This document shows positions 62,748 through 64,000 of a stretch of DNA of 64,000 bases, piece after piece. This DNA comes from Candidatus Dojkabacteria bacterium (GTDB taxonomy: Bacteria > Patescibacteriota > Dojkabacteria > J137): NCBI GenBank assembly GCA_040006935.1, contig JBDTVZ010000001.1, positions 103,772 to 167,771 of the forward strand, read 5' to 3'. Under the pieces are notes generated by a model, which was not told the origin of the DNA, ran no database searches, and saw nothing but the letters and a program-made list of their open reading frames with translations. Position numbers and translations under genes: made by a program. The number at the start of each line of letters is the position of its first letter. Within the stretch, counting starts at the first letter, position 1.

Positions 62748-63698
62748 ATGAGAGAGAAAATAGCAGCAGCAATTGTAGCAGTATTGATTTTGCTAACAGC
62801 TGCACCTTATATTTTTACTCTCCCTTCAGACGATTATAGGAAACCAGAACAACTTGCGGGGTTCAATTCGCTATTTGATACTATTAATGGTGTGAAAATT
62901 CACTACGAAATTTATGGTGATCCAGTTAACCCTGCAGTGATTTTAATTCATGGATTTGGTGGTTCAACATTTACTTGGAGAGATACAATTCCAGCTCTTT
63001 TAGAAAATAAATTCTACGTAGTTGCACTAGATTTAAAAGGTTTTGGTCTAAGTGAAAGAGGGATAAATCTAGACTACTCCCACGAGTCTCAAGCAAACTT
63101 AGTTAATGACTTAATGGATAATCTAGGCATAAAGGAGGCGTTTATTGTTGGACATAGCATGGGAGGGAATGTTGCGACTTTCCTAACTGAGCTCCATCCC
63201 GAAAAAGTTCGGAAACTAATTCTTGTTGATGCACAGATTTTTAGACCAAATTACGATATTATAAAAGTTTCTCAAGTCTCTCAACTAATAACAGTATTTC
63301 CATTTGATCAATATGCACGACAAATTTTACTTAGGTATATAACACCAAGCACGGTGAGAAATATTTTATCTTCCGCATATTATGATAAAGATTTAGTAAC
63401 AGACTACACAGTTGATGGTTATGCGCAGTCCTTGAAAATTAAAGATTGGCAAGAATCGTTAATTGGAATAATCCGAGATCAATATAAAAATAATTTGCCA
63501 AATCCATTAGAAAAAATCGAGAAACCAGTAAGAATAATTTGGGGATTGCAGGATACTTGGATAAATTTGGAGGAAGGTAAAAAAATTAATATTGAAATAA
63601 AAGGTTCTGTCATGGATGTAATTGAGAATGCAGGGCATATGCCAATGGAAGAAAGTCCAGAGGACTTTAATGCTATACTTTTGAAAGACCTAAAATAA
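62748..63698 (+). CDS. alpha/beta-fold hydrolase
   Basis: 316 aa. HGFGGS oxyanion region and GHSMGG nucleophile elbow. A C-terminal ..GH.. catalytic His is present. Confidence 0.75.
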   Translation: MREKIAAAIVAVLILLTAAPYIFTLPSDDYRKPEQLAGFNSLFDTINGVKIHYEIYGDPVNPAVILIHGFGGSTFTWRDTIPALLENKFYVVALDLKGFGLSERGINLDYSHESQANLVNDLMDNLGIKEAFIVGHSMGGNVATFLTELHPEKVRKLILVDAQIFRPNYDIIKVSQVSQLITVFPFDQYARQILLRYITPSTVRNILSSAYYDKDLVTDYTVDGYAQSLKIKDWQESLIGIIRDQYKNNLPNPLEKIEKPVRIIWGLQDTWINLEEGKKINIEIKGSVMDVIENAGHMPMEESPEDFNAILLKDLK

Positions 63699-63819
63699 CA
63701 AATACCAAATTTCCAAATCTTAAATCAAGAGTTTCAAAAATTCATAAAACAAAGTTTGTATTTTTTTAATTTGTAATTTGTTGGATATTGGTATTTAATA
63801 TTTGTTATTTGTTATTATC

Positions 63820-64000
63820 ATGCTCAGAAAAGGAGACCAAATTCCACAAAATATTTTAATTATTGACGAGAACAATAAAGAAGTAACTTTATCTGACTAC
63901 TTAACTTCCAAATATCTTGTAGTCTACTTTTATCCAAAAGACCAAACTCCAGGCTGTACAGAGGAAGCTTGTTCTTTTAGGGATAACAATGAGAAGTTAA
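63820..64000 (+). CDS. bcp: thiol peroxidase Bcp-type peroxiredoxin, N-terminal fragment (gene continues past the window end)
   Basis: MLRKGDQIPQNI...VVYFYPKDQTPGCTEEACSFRD is the peroxiredoxin F.PKD.TPGCT motif. Confidence 0.8.
   Translation, partial: MLRKGDQIPQNILIIDENNKEVTLSDYLTSKYLVVYFYPKDQTPGCTEEACSFRDNNEKL

Noticed and set aside
1-64000. CRISPR arrays, rRNA genes, tmRNA, transposase/IS elements
   Set aside because: No regularly spaced direct repeats, no rRNA-like conserved blocks and no recognisable transposase ORF were seen. The only tRNA-like T-loop sequences belong to the two tRNAs reported.

Overview
This is an AT-rich (roughly 30% GC) bacterial window. Gene content resembles a small-genome, possibly CPR/Patescibacteria-like organism, but that placement is speculative. 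About 60 CDS were called. The informative ones are translation genes (LeuRS, an alpha2-type GlyRS, AsnRS, GatA, YchF); DNA repair genes (MutS, RadA, RecX, a Ku-LigD NHEJ pair); chaperone, secretion and housekeeping genes (ClpC, SecA, inorganic pyrophosphatase, PheA); an alpha-glucan cluster (GH15, GH57, GT4, GT2, GlgA-like); and a giant 1682-aa surface protein with an M23 peptidase domain. Two tRNAs were read from the sequence. tRNA-Glu(UUC) lies on the minus strand and tRNA-Asn(GUU) sits directly upstream of asnS. An RNase P RNA gene (rnpB) was found on the minus strand at about 38966-39366, inside an intergenic region with no called ORF. Six observations stand out. (1) tRNA-Glu is preceded by an 88-aa GIY-YIG nuclease gene whose last codons overlap the tRNA 5' end. 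An identical 40-bp duplicate of the tRNA 5' half lies 340 bp upstream. This is the signature of a small tRNA-targeting insertion that regenerates the tRNA. (2) Two families of GC-rich hairpin repeats are dispersed through the window. Family A is GTCATTGCGAG/GTCATCCTGAG-type. Family B is CCCTCTCC-loop-GGAGAGGG followed by GGGTGAGGT. Family A copies sit in frame inside mutS, ligD and a 411-aa ORF. One family B copy lies in the P12 region of rnpB. Inverted family B copies bracket a DUF559 endonuclease-like gene. (3) Two tandem paralogous proteins each fuse an N-terminal Ig-like domain and a low-complexity linker to a C-terminal sortase domain. (4) There are tandem 60-aa Cys-rich membrane peptides and a 56-aa metallothionein-like ORF below the 60-aa ORF-track cutoff. 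(5) An FkbM-type methyltransferase gene is bracketed by ~120-bp direct repeats derived from a small membrane-protein gene. (6) Several hypothetical clusters have no recognisable function. No CRISPR array or rRNA was seen.
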